The notes under the pieces: model-generated
Told to the model about the DNA's origin: nothing
Seen by the model: the letters and a program-made list of their open reading frames with translations, nothing else
Databases searched by the model: none
Shown: positions 42,602 to 51,385 of the stretch, one piece after another
How the letters are laid out: each line of letters starts with the position of its first letter
How positions within the stretch are numbered: the first letter of the stretch is position 1
IMG/VR virus record: IMGVR_UViG_3300048881_000734
Coordinates: 5,116-69,115 of that record
DNA from: a virus
Taxonomy: Duplodnaviria; Caudoviricetes
Strand: one strand, 5' to 3'
Length of the DNA: 64,000 bases
Program-made: the position numbers and the translations under genes

Positions 42602-43251
42602 ACACCGGCGCCCGCTGAAGCTCCTACAGCGATAGGCACTTGCTCATCGTACTCTTCACGAGTTGCCTTTTCTTCTTCTTTTCGCGCGATGTCGTGGCGA
42701 GTAGACAATAATTCTTCAACTTCATCTGCCACTTCCTCGCCATACTTGTCCAAGAGGAAGCTACGCGCTTTTGACATAATCATTTCTTCGATGTCAAAGA
42801 ACGCATCAAAATTTAATATAATACGAGCGGTCTCAGCGGCAAATCTATCTACATCAATTGCAATATCGTCCTGCTCTCTTAACAGTAGCCGCTTCAAAGA
42901 ATACCCTTCTTCCTGGACTTGAGCACTTTTTATAGAGTCAGACTCAATATCAACAAAGATGGCTTGAAGTTGATCGTCTAGCGATTTTTCATATCTGATC
43001 TTGTCGGACTCTTCTGCTTTCGGACCTTCATCTTCTTCCTCATCGCCACCCTCTTCTTCGCCGCCCTCTTCTTCGCCACCTTCTTCGTCGCCACCCTCTT
43101 CTTCGTCGCCGCCAAATGGATCGTCACCGCCCTCTTCTTCGCCGCCGCCTTCTTCTTCTTCTTCTTCACCGCCACCGAATGGATCATCCTGCTCTAGCAA
43201 AACACCACTATAAGCTTTTCGGAAAAATTCTTTCAAATCATCTCTCTTCAT
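42598..43251 (-). CDS. Acidic Gly/Glu-repeat protein with tag-like segments
   Basis: GVLLEQDD, RLLLREQDD, (GGEEE)n. Confidence 0.75.
   Translation of the reverse strand: MKRDDLKEFFRKAYSGVLLEQDDPFGGGEEEEEEGGGEEEGGDDPFGGDEEEGGDEEGGEEEGGEEEGGDEEEDEGPKAEESDKIRYEKSLDDQLQAIFVDIESDSIKSAQVQEEGYSLKRLLLREQDDIAIDVDRFAAETARIILNFDAFFDIEEMIMSKARSFLLDKYGEEVADEVEELLSTRHDIARKEEEKATREEYDEQVPIAVGASAGAGV
43028..43190. repeat. Coding tandem repeat (GGE/DEEE)
   Basis: Imperfect CCCTCTTCTTCGCCGCC-type units. Confidence 0.8.
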
Positions 43252-43967
43252 TTTTCACTCCCAAGGCCGGCTGACAGGATTTTTCCAAGCTTATCAGCCC
43301 GGCGAACTCTCAGCTCAATAAGGTTCCAATTTAATTCTTTCATCATGGCAAAGATATATTGCCGGCGATCGTTAAGATAGTCTCTAAAATACGCTCGCTC
43401 TTGGACCGATAACACAATAACAGGATACGAGTTCATGGGAATCCCCACTTCGTTTCCATCAACGAAAATGTTAATATAGCGATCAATGAACCCATTATAG
43501 ATTGTGCAAACCCACCCGTCTCGAGATGCCATCCCACATGCAATGAAGTCCTTCTGCCAATCTTCAAAGGTCCCAAAGTCGCGGGCGAGTCTCATATACA
43601 CCAGACTATCCATCGTAATCTTGGAAGTGGGGTCAGCAATATTATCGAAATAATAAGCAGACAAAAATGATCCATTCATGTTATAAGTTTCTTCCTGCTT
43701 AATTCCCCTGAAGGAAGAATCCTTTGGGTTGGAAGCAGAGCGATCCACCGAATCAAGCTTCGCAGAAACGTCGTTAAGGGCATCGACATACTCATGAAGA
43801 TTTTCTACGTTGGCCGTGATGGCTTTTTTGCTAAGCATGTCGGTATTGAGATCATATTTCTTTGCTTGCACAACATAAGACTCAGACAACTGCTTCTCTT
43901 CTTTCTTAGAGTCTTTATACAGCGTCTCGTTTATGGCTTTCAGTATCTCTTGTTCGTTAATTGGCAT
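43248..43967 (-). CDS. Fe/Mn superoxide dismutase-fold protein lacking metal ligands
   Basis: YVDALN, FGTFEDWQKDF, GWV, PVIVLSVQERAYFRDY, LNWNLI. Confidence 0.75.
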   Translation of the reverse strand: MPINEQEILKAINETLYKDSKKEEKQLSESYVVQAKKYDLNTDMLSKKAITANVENLHEYVDALNDVSAKLDSVDRSASNPKDSSFRGIKQEETYNMNGSFLSAYYFDNIADPTSKITMDSLVYMRLARDFGTFEDWQKDFIACGMASRDGWVCTIYNGFIDRYINIFVDGNEVGIPMNSYPVIVLSVQERAYFRDYLNDRRQYIFAMMKELNWNLIELRVRRADKLGKILSAGLGSEK

Positions 43968-44456
43968 TTAATCCACCTCATATTCTTTTTCAAATTCTTC
44001 TTGATCGACCACAAAAACGATTTCATCTTTCGGTTCTTCTGGCAAGTCACCAATGGCCTGGACTCGGGCGTCGATGTCTACCTCAGCGCTTGGGTCTAGC
44101 AAATCTGGAATCCTTGGATCAGCTTCTTCTTCATTAAGCGCTCCAATATCATCGGGTCCACCTAACACTTCTTCTCCCCCACCGGGTGGGTCAAATCTCG
44201 GCTCCTCGGGCTCACGAAGAACAATCTGAACCTGCCCGGGCTTGTCACCCTTCACATGAGCGATTGTGTATTCATACCCAGACTTCTTGTGTCGAACCTT
44301 CAAGTCTGGTGAAAGCACCAGGTTACCGCGGTCGTCAAATACTTCTGATTCTCCGAGCACCTCGTTAAGACGGTTTTCATATTCGAGTCTAAATATTTCT
44401 AAAAGGAATGCTGAATCTGCCATTATCTTCTCCGGATACCTGCTAATACTTCCCAT
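43968..44456 (-). CDS. Acidic hypothetical protein
   Basis: VRHKKSGYEYTI; probable start at MADSA. Confidence 0.65.
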   Translation of the reverse strand: MGSISRYPEKIMADSAFLLEIFRLEYENRLNEVLGESEVFDDRGNLVLSPDLKVRHKKSGYEYTIAHVKGDKPGQVQIVLREPEEPRFDPPGGGEEVLGGPDDIGALNEEEADPRIPDLLDPSAEVDIDARVQAIGDLPEEPKDEIVFVVDQEEFEKEYEVD

Positions 44457-46447
44457 CGAGCTGATTCGATCAACACTCCTTGCTGACCAAACCTTCTGTC
44501 CAAGTAACGATGTACTGATTTACGCACCATTCCGCGGGTTAACCGAACGTTACTTTCTGCTGTAACTTTCAACATTTGTGCAGCAATCTGTGGAATTAAT
44601 TCAGACAAAGAATCAAAATTCTTCTTTGCAAAACGCTTACTCTTTGTCAGCGTCTCTTCATGCTCTCCGCGCCACATATCAATTGCAGCCTGAACTTCAC
44701 CCTCGATCGCTTTAGCGGCATCTTCGAGAGCTGTATTGACGAGATCTTTAAGACCACCAATTCTGTCTTTAGCTTGGAGAGATTTTTGAGAAGTATCAGA
44801 CAGTCCACCCATCCAGTTGTCTAATGCTGCTGCGACAGCGACAGCTGGTGGTTGTTCCTGGCTGGCGGCTTCCTTGGCGGCGGTCTCAAGCTCAGTCTGT
44901 GCAAGCTCCTGCTCTTCGGCAGCTTCCTCTTCGGAAACGGGAGCGCCTTCTTCACCGTCGGCACCTTCTTCTCCAGCAACCGCGATTTTTTTATCGAGCA
45001 ATTCTTGATCATTCACATCAGTAGCCCACGCGGTTACACCTTTTTCATCTGGTGCAGCTCCAGTCGTCTTACCAATCGTTACAAATGCATTCAGGACATC
45101 TTCAAAGGGGATTCCTTCCTCCTCTTGCTCAAATAGTAAAGATGTCAAACTATTCTCATGAAGCAGAGGTCTTTTTCGTTCCCAGTGAGCCACAAACAAT
45201 TTGCTTGCTTCTTCGTCGCTTAAAAGATTCTTTACAAGTTCCCCGCCCGCATCGCCGAGGTGCTTATCACCAAGATCAGCCAGCGCATCCAGGTTCTTGA
45301 AATTCGAGGCAATTTCTTCATCGGCGGCATCAACGGCCTCGGGCGCGATTTCTGCAACTTGCTCAGGTGTTGAGCCATCCGGACCAGACTGGAACATTTG
45401 TAATATCTTGGCAGCCATTGCCTGTTGTCTGGCTGTCAAAGAATCCAGCTTCCCTTGAAGCGCGGAATCGAATGCAGCTGCATCGGCTGGCTCAAGAGAT
45501 CCCTTAACAGCTGCTGAAACTTCTTTTGCCGTATCTGCATCTTGAGCCAGAGCTTCAGCACCAGCTTGAGCTGCTTTCATATCAGGGGCGGCGGCAGCCA
45601 TCTTTTGTCCCTGCTGAGCAGCGGCTGCTGCAGCTGAGGTCTCAGAAGTTTCTGTCGCAATTTGCTCGGTCGATCCTACCAGCGCAGTTTGCACACCCTG
45701 GAGATTTACAGCAGTAAATTCTTCAAAGGGAGAAGAAAGGATGGCAGCGAGTATTACCTCATCTTCGACAAGGTTACCGGAATCATCTCCACCGAAAAGC
45801 TTTGAAATAAAGCCCATCACCTTGTCAAAAAAGCCTCCGCCTTCGGCTTCAGCTGCTTTAGACCCTGTCTCCCAAGCTTTGTTAAACCAATCGGGAACGA
45901 CGTACGTCTTTTCTACTGCTTTCTCAATATCTTCGACTGTCGGAAACTCGGGAGCATCATCCCCGCCTTCCCCAGCAGCATTTGCCAAATCGCCGATCGT
46001 TTGGGTAGGATCCTCTGGCTTCGCACCGGAAATCTCTCCCTTAACCGCTTCAACACACTGAACGACAGCTGCCATCTCACCACAAACATCTTGAATCTTC
46101 GTCGTTAAATCTGCGGCTGCATCGGCGCGTTTCTTCGGGTCAGACTTCTCATCATATAACGCAGAGAAATCCACCTTCGATGCTGCCTCTATTGCCTGGA
46201 TGACCGCCTGCCACTCTGGCGTGTCAGGAAGCGATGAACCTAAGTCATCCAAGGCGCCTAAAAATGCCTGAACACCTTCATCCATCTCGCCCTTATCTTC
46301 ATCGTTAAGTGCTTCGGTCAATAAGCCTTGAAGGCTACCGCCTCGTATAAAATCTTCTGAAAACAAATCAACCTGAGTCTTGATAAACATAGACACACAT
46401 TGCTTGGATAAATCGTGAACTAACCCACTCATGTTTCGAAACTCCAT
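44423..46447 (-). CDS. Large acidic Ala-rich protein (virion candidate)
   Basis: GLLTE, SLLFE; C-terminal ARWEVLAGI. Confidence 0.75.
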   Translation of the reverse strand: MEFRNMSGLVHDLSKQCVSMFIKTQVDLFSEDFIRGGSLQGLLTEALNDEDKGEMDEGVQAFLGALDDLGSSLPDTPEWQAVIQAIEAASKVDFSALYDEKSDPKKRADAAADLTTKIQDVCGEMAAVVQCVEAVKGEISGAKPEDPTQTIGDLANAAGEGGDDAPEFPTVEDIEKAVEKTYVVPDWFNKAWETGSKAAEAEGGGFFDKVMGFISKLFGGDDSGNLVEDEVILAAILSSPFEEFTAVNLQGVQTALVGSTEQIATETSETSAAAAAAQQGQKMAAAAPDMKAAQAGAEALAQDADTAKEVSAAVKGSLEPADAAAFDSALQGKLDSLTARQQAMAAKILQMFQSGPDGSTPEQVAEIAPEAVDAADEEIASNFKNLDALADLGDKHLGDAGGELVKNLLSDEEASKLFVAHWERKRPLLHENSLTSLLFEQEEEGIPFEDVLNAFVTIGKTTGAAPDEKGVTAWATDVNDQELLDKKIAVAGEEGADGEEGAPVSEEEAAEEQELAQTELETAAKEAASQEQPPAVAVAAALDNWMGGLSDTSQKSLQAKDRIGGLKDLVNTALEDAAKAIEGEVQAAIDMWRGEHEETLTKSKRFAKKNFDSLSELIPQIAAQMLKVTAESNVRLTRGMVRKSVHRYLDRRFGQQGVLIESARWEVLAGIRRR

Positions 46448-46469
46448 CTGCTAATATAACGCTTAGAAC

Positions 46470-46487
46470 TAAATATGGAGTAAATAT
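46470..46487 (-). promoter_or_regulatory. Tandem class B promoter elements
   Basis: ATATTTA twice (46470..46476 and 46481..46487). Confidence 0.5.
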
Positions 46488-46495
46488 GTCTGGTG

Positions 46496-46915
46496 CTACG
46501 TTGTGTAACGTCTAACCGCAACTCCCGCAGACATAAGTAGTTCGACTCCGGACAGATCCCTATATTCTTCATCATAAACAACTTCTTTTATACCGCCGTT
46601 AATCATGGCTTTTGCACACATCTTGCATGGGCTTAGGGTCACATACATGATTTTCTTCCCGCGGATATTATAGTCGCACTTTAACAAAGCGTTAATCTCA
46701 GCGTGGATCATTCCTGAATTTCCTGGCTCTATAGACTCTACTTCGTTTGGGCCACCCGAATAATTTCCGTTGTAGCCTACAGCCAGCACCTGTGTGTTTT
46801 CTTTCGTAACAATGACCGCACCTACCTGGTACCGCGGATCATACGACCGACGAGCAATGGAATGGGCAAAGCCCATCCATATTTCATCCCACGGGGGTCT
46901 ACCAACCGAGCTCAC
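46496..46915 (-). CDS. dCMP deaminase
   Basis: RPPWDE, VGAVIV, GYNG, HAEINAL, LSPCKMC. Confidence 0.92.
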   Translation of the reverse strand: MSSVGRPPWDEIWMGFAHSIARRSYDPRYQVGAVIVTKENTQVLAVGYNGNYSGGPNEVESIEPGNSGMIHAEINALLKCDYNIRGKKIMYVTLSPCKMCAKAMINGGIKEVVYDEEYRDLSGVELLMSAGVAVRRYTT

Positions 46916-47549
46916 TTAGATACCTCTTTAGACTATCACAACTCTCAACTTCATCACCCCACACAGACCAGCCCGCAAGCTGCTGACGACCAAAAAGCTC
47001 AACCTTCGACTGGTCGGGAAACATTTGCTCAATCCGAGCTCTAACTTCATCAGGTTTCTTGCTGTGCTGCTCTCGCATATGCTCAAGATATTGTCTGACA
47101 TTTCGGGCACCCCTGGGACGTGGAATCTTTCCGTTCTTTCCTACCAAGCAAAGCTCACACTGAGACATGGTATAAAATCCTGGATTGACTCTCATCTTGT
47201 TCCAGACAAAAGCCACCGTAGAGTATTTTAAGCCCCAGCTTTTTAGAAGCTCAATGCCCTGGTCCAGGTGTGGGTTTGTACACCACATGAAAACAAGAGA
47301 ATCTTCATTCAGAAGCTTCTGCATTGGAAACTGCTTGAGCTGTTTTAGCTTGAGTGTACCATAATGCTTGCGAGCGCCACCTGTATCCCCCATTCCAGGC
47401 TTAGAATGTTGTAGCTGACCTTTGTAATCCCATGGTGGATCCAAATAGACAATGTCAAACCTCGGGTTCTGCGTCGTCAAAAAGTTCTTCAATGTGTTTC
47501 TCCTTAGGCAAAGTAAACCCTGCTGCTTTCTTGTGGCCACCGCCACCAA
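46899..47549 (-). CDS. MT-A70 family N6-adenine methyltransferase
   Basis: DIVYLDPPW, LVFMW, HSKKP, VELFGR; start uncertain. Confidence 0.9.
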   Translation of the reverse strand: MVAVATRKQQGLLCLRRNTLKNFLTTQNPRFDIVYLDPPWDYKGQLQHSKPGMGDTGGARKHYGTLKLKQLKQFPMQKLLNEDSLVFMWCTNPHLDQGIELLKSWGLKYSTVAFVWNKMRVNPGFYTMSQCELCLVGKNGKIPRPRGARNVRQYLEHMREQHSKKPDEVRARIEQMFPDQSKVELFGRQQLAGWSVWGDEVESCDSLKRYLSELGW

Positions 47550-48309
47550 ATCCCTTTGCTATTTCAGAGACATCAACCATCTCATGAAATGCTCGTAAAC
47601 TTACTTTAGTGTTTTGACTCTCATGATCCCAATACCAAATCAAAGCGAAATCGCAATCCGGTGCAAGGCGGGCTCCAATCTCAGACATCCAATGTGATGA
47701 ATTTACAACGAGTACCTCTTTGCCACCCATTTTTCTTTTTTGAGCTTGCTCACAAACTTTCTTAACTACTGTCTTGGAATAGGCCAAAATATACGAGCCC
47801 CGCTTACAAGCGTCATCAAAAACAGAGTCATCTTCAAACTTTTCAAATTCTTCGAACTCAAAAGGAACCATGTCGAAAGCAGCGCTGAACTCTTTGGAAT
47901 ACTCTAGCTTCCACTCCCAGAGGTCGCGGTCTTGAATATACTTGATAAATTTCGGTGGCTCCTTACCTGGATGGAAATATTCCCAAGCAAGTATTGCACC
48001 ACTCTTTGTCATATCGAAATGAGTGTTTGAAATATCGTGTAGCTCTACCATCGCCGACTTGTGATGATCAATAATAAGCAGGTTCTTTGCTTTTTTTATC
48101 ATTTTTTTTGTAGTTGTTTTGCCATAAGAGAAATCAAGTATCACCACATTTTTTCCCTTTACGTCGGGTGGTGGTGTTCCATGTTTACAGGCAAAATACT
48201 CTGCCCTATTTCCAAGCTGTTTCCAGGCTGCATAAGCAGCCCCGAATCCATCAGTGCAATCTGCATGATAAATGACTACGTTAACTGAATTGGGGTCCAT
48301 TGAACTCAT
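47455..48309 (-). CDS. DHH/DHHA1 phosphoesterase
   Basis: YHADCTDG, LDFS, IDHH, GGGGHKKAAGF. Confidence 0.9.
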   Translation of the reverse strand: MSSMDPNSVNVVIYHADCTDGFGAAYAAWKQLGNRAEYFACKHGTPPPDVKGKNVVILDFSYGKTTTKKMIKKAKNLLIIDHHKSAMVELHDISNTHFDMTKSGAILAWEYFHPGKEPPKFIKYIQDRDLWEWKLEYSKEFSAAFDMVPFEFEEFEKFEDDSVFDDACKRGSYILAYSKTVVKKVCEQAQKRKMGGKEVLVVNSSHWMSEIGARLAPDCDFALIWYWDHESQNTKVSLRAFHEMVDVSEIAKGFGGGGHKKAAGFTLPKEKHIEELFDDAEPEV

Positions 48310-48329
48310 AATAATCCTGGGATAGAATT

Positions 48330-48761
48330 TTAATTATCATTTTCTGGGTGAACGTACGTATACCTCGTGTCATCAATAACTTCTCTACCATAATCATCCT
48401 CCAAGCGGACAGCTTCGCTACCGTATCCCGAGGATATTTCGAACACAACACTGTCATCGATGGCGGTCAGTCTATAAGCGCAGCCTGCCTGTACGTTCAA
48501 CAGACTTCCCTTTTCTAAGCGCACAATTCTGGCAGGTTCCGCGGTGGGATCCTGAAAATGTTTTTCATCAGCAATCTCAGCTTTAATCACGCCGTGCTGT
48601 ATGTAGAGCACTTCAGATTTGCAAGGATGAAACTTTAAACTAGTGCGGTGGCCGGCCAGGAGGTGGATTTCTTTTCCTTGAAATATTCCACCCCACGTAA
48701 TTTCGAAGCCCCACGGTTTTTCCGTGGACTTCGCTTCACCGGTCCAGATGCATCTATTCAT
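48330..48761 (-). CDS. Cupin, mannose-6-phosphate isomerase-like
   Basis: EKPWG, TSLKFH..KSEVLYI, RLEDDYGR. Confidence 0.8.
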   Translation of the reverse strand: MNRCIWTGEAKSTEKPWGFEITWGGIFQGKEIHLLAGHRTSLKFHPCKSEVLYIQHGVIKAEIADEKHFQDPTAEPARIVRLEKGSLLNVQAGCAYRLTAIDDSVVFEISSGYGSEAVRLEDDYGREVIDDTRYTYVHPENDN

Positions 48762-49774
48762 TACTCAATTAGCTCCCACCATTTCAATGTCCTTCCTAGT
48801 CCGTCCCAAAATTGTACTTGAGGGCTCCACCCAATTTCTCTACCAATTTTATTTATACACGCGAGTGTGTGCTTAACATCGCCGGCGCGTTCGGGTGCAT
48901 TGGTAACTGCTAAATCAGAAAAATGCTCCTTCAATGTGGCCAAAATTTGGTTATTAGAAACCGACTCACCAGTGGCCACGTTATAGACTTCAAATCCAAT
49001 TGGAGTATCATGATCTGCCACGACCAGCATTGCGGTGGCGATATCTTTCACATATACCATATCACGGGTTTGTTCGCCGTCGCCATCGCTACGGAGGGGT
49101 TCATTCTTAGAAAGACGAGTACACCACGCTGCAATTGCTGTAGAGTATGGTGAGTCCCCCAGCTGACCAGGACCATAGACATTAAAAAAGCGCAATGCTA
49201 CGAAGTCCATCTCATACAGCTTATTATACATTTCACCAAATTGCTCCACAACAAGCTTTTGTAGCCCGTAGGGAGATGTCGGATCCTCAGCTTGACCCTC
49301 ATTTGTTGGCAACTGGGATACCTCACCATAGCATGCTGAGGAAGATGCAAATACAAACCGGTCAATGTTGTGAATTGCTGCTGACATTAATTCAATTGTC
49401 TTCTGAACGTTCGTATGCGTGGTCAGTGCTGGATACTTTACTGAAAATTCCACTCGCGGATTAGCAGCTAAGTGGAAAATAACATCATATCGAGATTTCG
49501 CCACACGAGACAACACTGGCCCAGCGGCAAAATCAGAAGTTATCACCAATAACTTTCCGGGAGTGGCAGCGATTGCAGGCGCTTGTTCTTTATCATATAG
49601 ATGAAGAAGATGCTCAGTGACAGTCCTAAATTCCAGCCCCTCAAGAGCTGTTAAGTCTCCGTTAGAAAGGTCATCAACCCCTTCAACATCCCAACCGGCA
49701 GCTATAAGCTGCCTGGTTACGTGACTTCCAATAAACCCACAGCAACCTGTGACCAATGCTTTACGTGTGTGCAC
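48761..49774 (-). CDS. NAD-dependent nucleotide-sugar epimerase (GalE/WbpP-like)
   Basis: LVTGCCGFIGS, FHLAA, ASSSACYG, YGLQK, RFFNVYGP. Confidence 0.93.
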   Translation of the reverse strand: MHTRKALVTGCCGFIGSHVTRQLIAAGWDVEGVDDLSNGDLTALEGLEFRTVTEHLLHLYDKEQAPAIAATPGKLLVITSDFAAGPVLSRVAKSRYDVIFHLAANPRVEFSVKYPALTTHTNVQKTIELMSAAIHNIDRFVFASSSACYGEVSQLPTNEGQAEDPTSPYGLQKLVVEQFGEMYNKLYEMDFVALRFFNVYGPGQLGDSPYSTAIAAWCTRLSKNEPLRSDGDGEQTRDMVYVKDIATAMLVVADHDTPIGFEVYNVATGESVSNNQILATLKEHFSDLAVTNAPERAGDVKHTLACINKIGREIGWSPQVQFWDGLGRTLKWWELIE

Positions 49775-50318
49775 AAAAATCCTCCGCCTTCCAATTTTTA
49801 TTAATTCCTAAGAACATTTTAATCTTTTTCACCTGTTTGTTCAAGTCCATGTCATCTGTTTCCAAAATCAGAAAATCACATCCCGTATATTCTGCAAACT
49901 CACGATAATTAGCGTCCAATATTCTTAACATCTCAGGTGGCAATTGATCAGGATATTGGTCATCGATTAAGCCAGAATAATCCTGTCGTAAGCAAATGAT
50001 AAACTTTCCACCAACTTCACGAAAATTCTTATCCATCCAATCAATCGCCGACATATCGGTACCCCGACCGAATGCAGTTGCGTACACAAGCTCACATGGG
50101 TAAAAGCGATCCAAGATAACCGATATATTCGTTTGACGAATAAAGTCCATCAAAAATGGGCCGCCATATCGGAGCAAATTAAGAAAATAATCCGAACTAT
50201 CAAGCTGTGTCTTCCATTCACCAGAGTTTTTGAACACAGGAAGTCCCGTCTGACGAGAGAGCTCTTCAGCAATGTTCGACTTTCCAGTCATGTCTGGTCC
50301 GATAAACGCAAGCTTCAT
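49761..50318 (-). CDS. Thymidylate-kinase-like dNMP kinase
   Basis: GPDMTGKS, LDRFYPCELVY. Confidence 0.85.
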   Translation of the reverse strand: MKLAFIGPDMTGKSNIAEELSRQTGLPVFKNSGEWKTQLDSSDYFLNLLRYGGPFLMDFIRQTNISVILDRFYPCELVYATAFGRGTDMSAIDWMDKNFREVGGKFIICLRQDYSGLIDDQYPDQLPPEMLRILDANYREFAEYTGCDFLILETDDMDLNKQVKKIKMFLGINKNWKAEDFCAHT

Positions 50319-51370
50319 GCCTGGTAGTCCCCCAGAAAGTGCTCGAGAAGATCTACCCTATACTCAGGCCTTGGATCGATTACAGTCCTCAGAGCCTCCT
50401 CCTGTGCATCAACCAAAGCTTTCCGCTCAGCGGCATTTAAAGTTGCGATCCACCTCACCTTTTCAATAACATCTGTAATAGAATCGACAAGAAGCGATCC
50501 ATCAGTCAGACCAACGGGAACAGCATGTTCAAACTCAGTTGGAATCAAGGCTGGAACATTACTCTTTATCGCTTCGAAAAAACGACCTGTGATGTTCCCA
50601 AAGGGTGTGTACGCATCTTTGGTGATGTGTGTAACAGTAAGAGAAGAATTTAATACGCCAAAAATATCTTTATACGCCAAGCGGGGTCCGAAAGCAACAT
50701 GCGGAGTTTGAGCGATCAAGACGCCTGGGTCTGTTCGTTCCGGAGATTTATTGAGCCAATTTCCATAAATTGAAGTTTGAATACCGTGCATTCGCAAATA
50801 TTTGCTTGGCTCAACATAGTACTTGTTGAACTGGTACTCTCGCTCGTAATTGTTCCCAACGTATGTATAGTTGTAAGAATACTCAACTGGGTCATAATAC
50901 CGCTTCATATAATTGCACCATGGGATAGTAATACGCTTTCGAGTCTGGTGTTGCGGGGCGACGCATGCATCTGCAAGAATTGCATTCGGCCACCTTTCTT
51001 CTTCTTCGGGAGTCATCTTTAGATCTCCGTCCACAATCACAATCGGAATGCCTTGCTCATGATAATAATCTAGAACTTCGCACTGGCGTTTGTAGTCCGG
51101 CTCTACTGGATTCTCTCCCGAGTTTTTCCATGTTGGCCAGCGCCACTCGACATAAAGAATATCCCCATCGGGATAGCCTGTATTGTCATATTGCACACCC
51201 GGATATTGCTCATCATCGCGGAGCATTTGTAGCTGTATTGGCGTGTGGCCACGCTTTAGCAATTCATTAACAAAATCAACTCGATTTCCACGTTCACCGT
51301 CTGGGGTCTCAACAATGCTGTTCTTCTCGAGCGGGGTAATAAAGCCCCAAAAACTATACAATACCTTCAT
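50315..51370 (-). CDS. GT-B glycosyltransferase resembling T4 DNA beta-glucosyltransferase
   Basis: 351 aa; YGNW, ITGRFFEAIKSNVPALIPTEFE, RKALVDAQEEAL align by eye with the T4 BGT C-terminal domain as recalled (FGNA, ITLRVWETMASDAVMLIDEEFD, RKEMLSIQHDIL). Confidence 0.7.
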   Translation of the reverse strand: MKVLYSFWGFITPLEKNSIVETPDGERGNRVDFVNELLKRGHTPIQLQMLRDDEQYPGVQYDNTGYPDGDILYVEWRWPTWKNSGENPVEPDYKRQCEVLDYYHEQGIPIVIVDGDLKMTPEEEERWPNAILADACVAPQHQTRKRITIPWCNYMKRYYDPVEYSYNYTYVGNNYEREYQFNKYYVEPSKYLRMHGIQTSIYGNWLNKSPERTDPGVLIAQTPHVAFGPRLAYKDIFGVLNSSLTVTHITKDAYTPFGNITGRFFEAIKSNVPALIPTEFEHAVPVGLTDGSLLVDSITDVIEKVRWIATLNAAERKALVDAQEEALRTVIDPRPEYRVDLLEHFLGDYQA

Positions 51371-51385
51371 TTTTTCTCCATAATA

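Noticed and set aside
43028-43190. Short direct repeats as a CRISPR array
   Set aside because: Imperfect in-frame repeats encoding GGEEE with no unique spacers; no cas genes.
33319-47549. Nuclease plus MT-A70 as a classical restriction-modification pair
   Set aside because: They are 13 kb apart in different transcription units.
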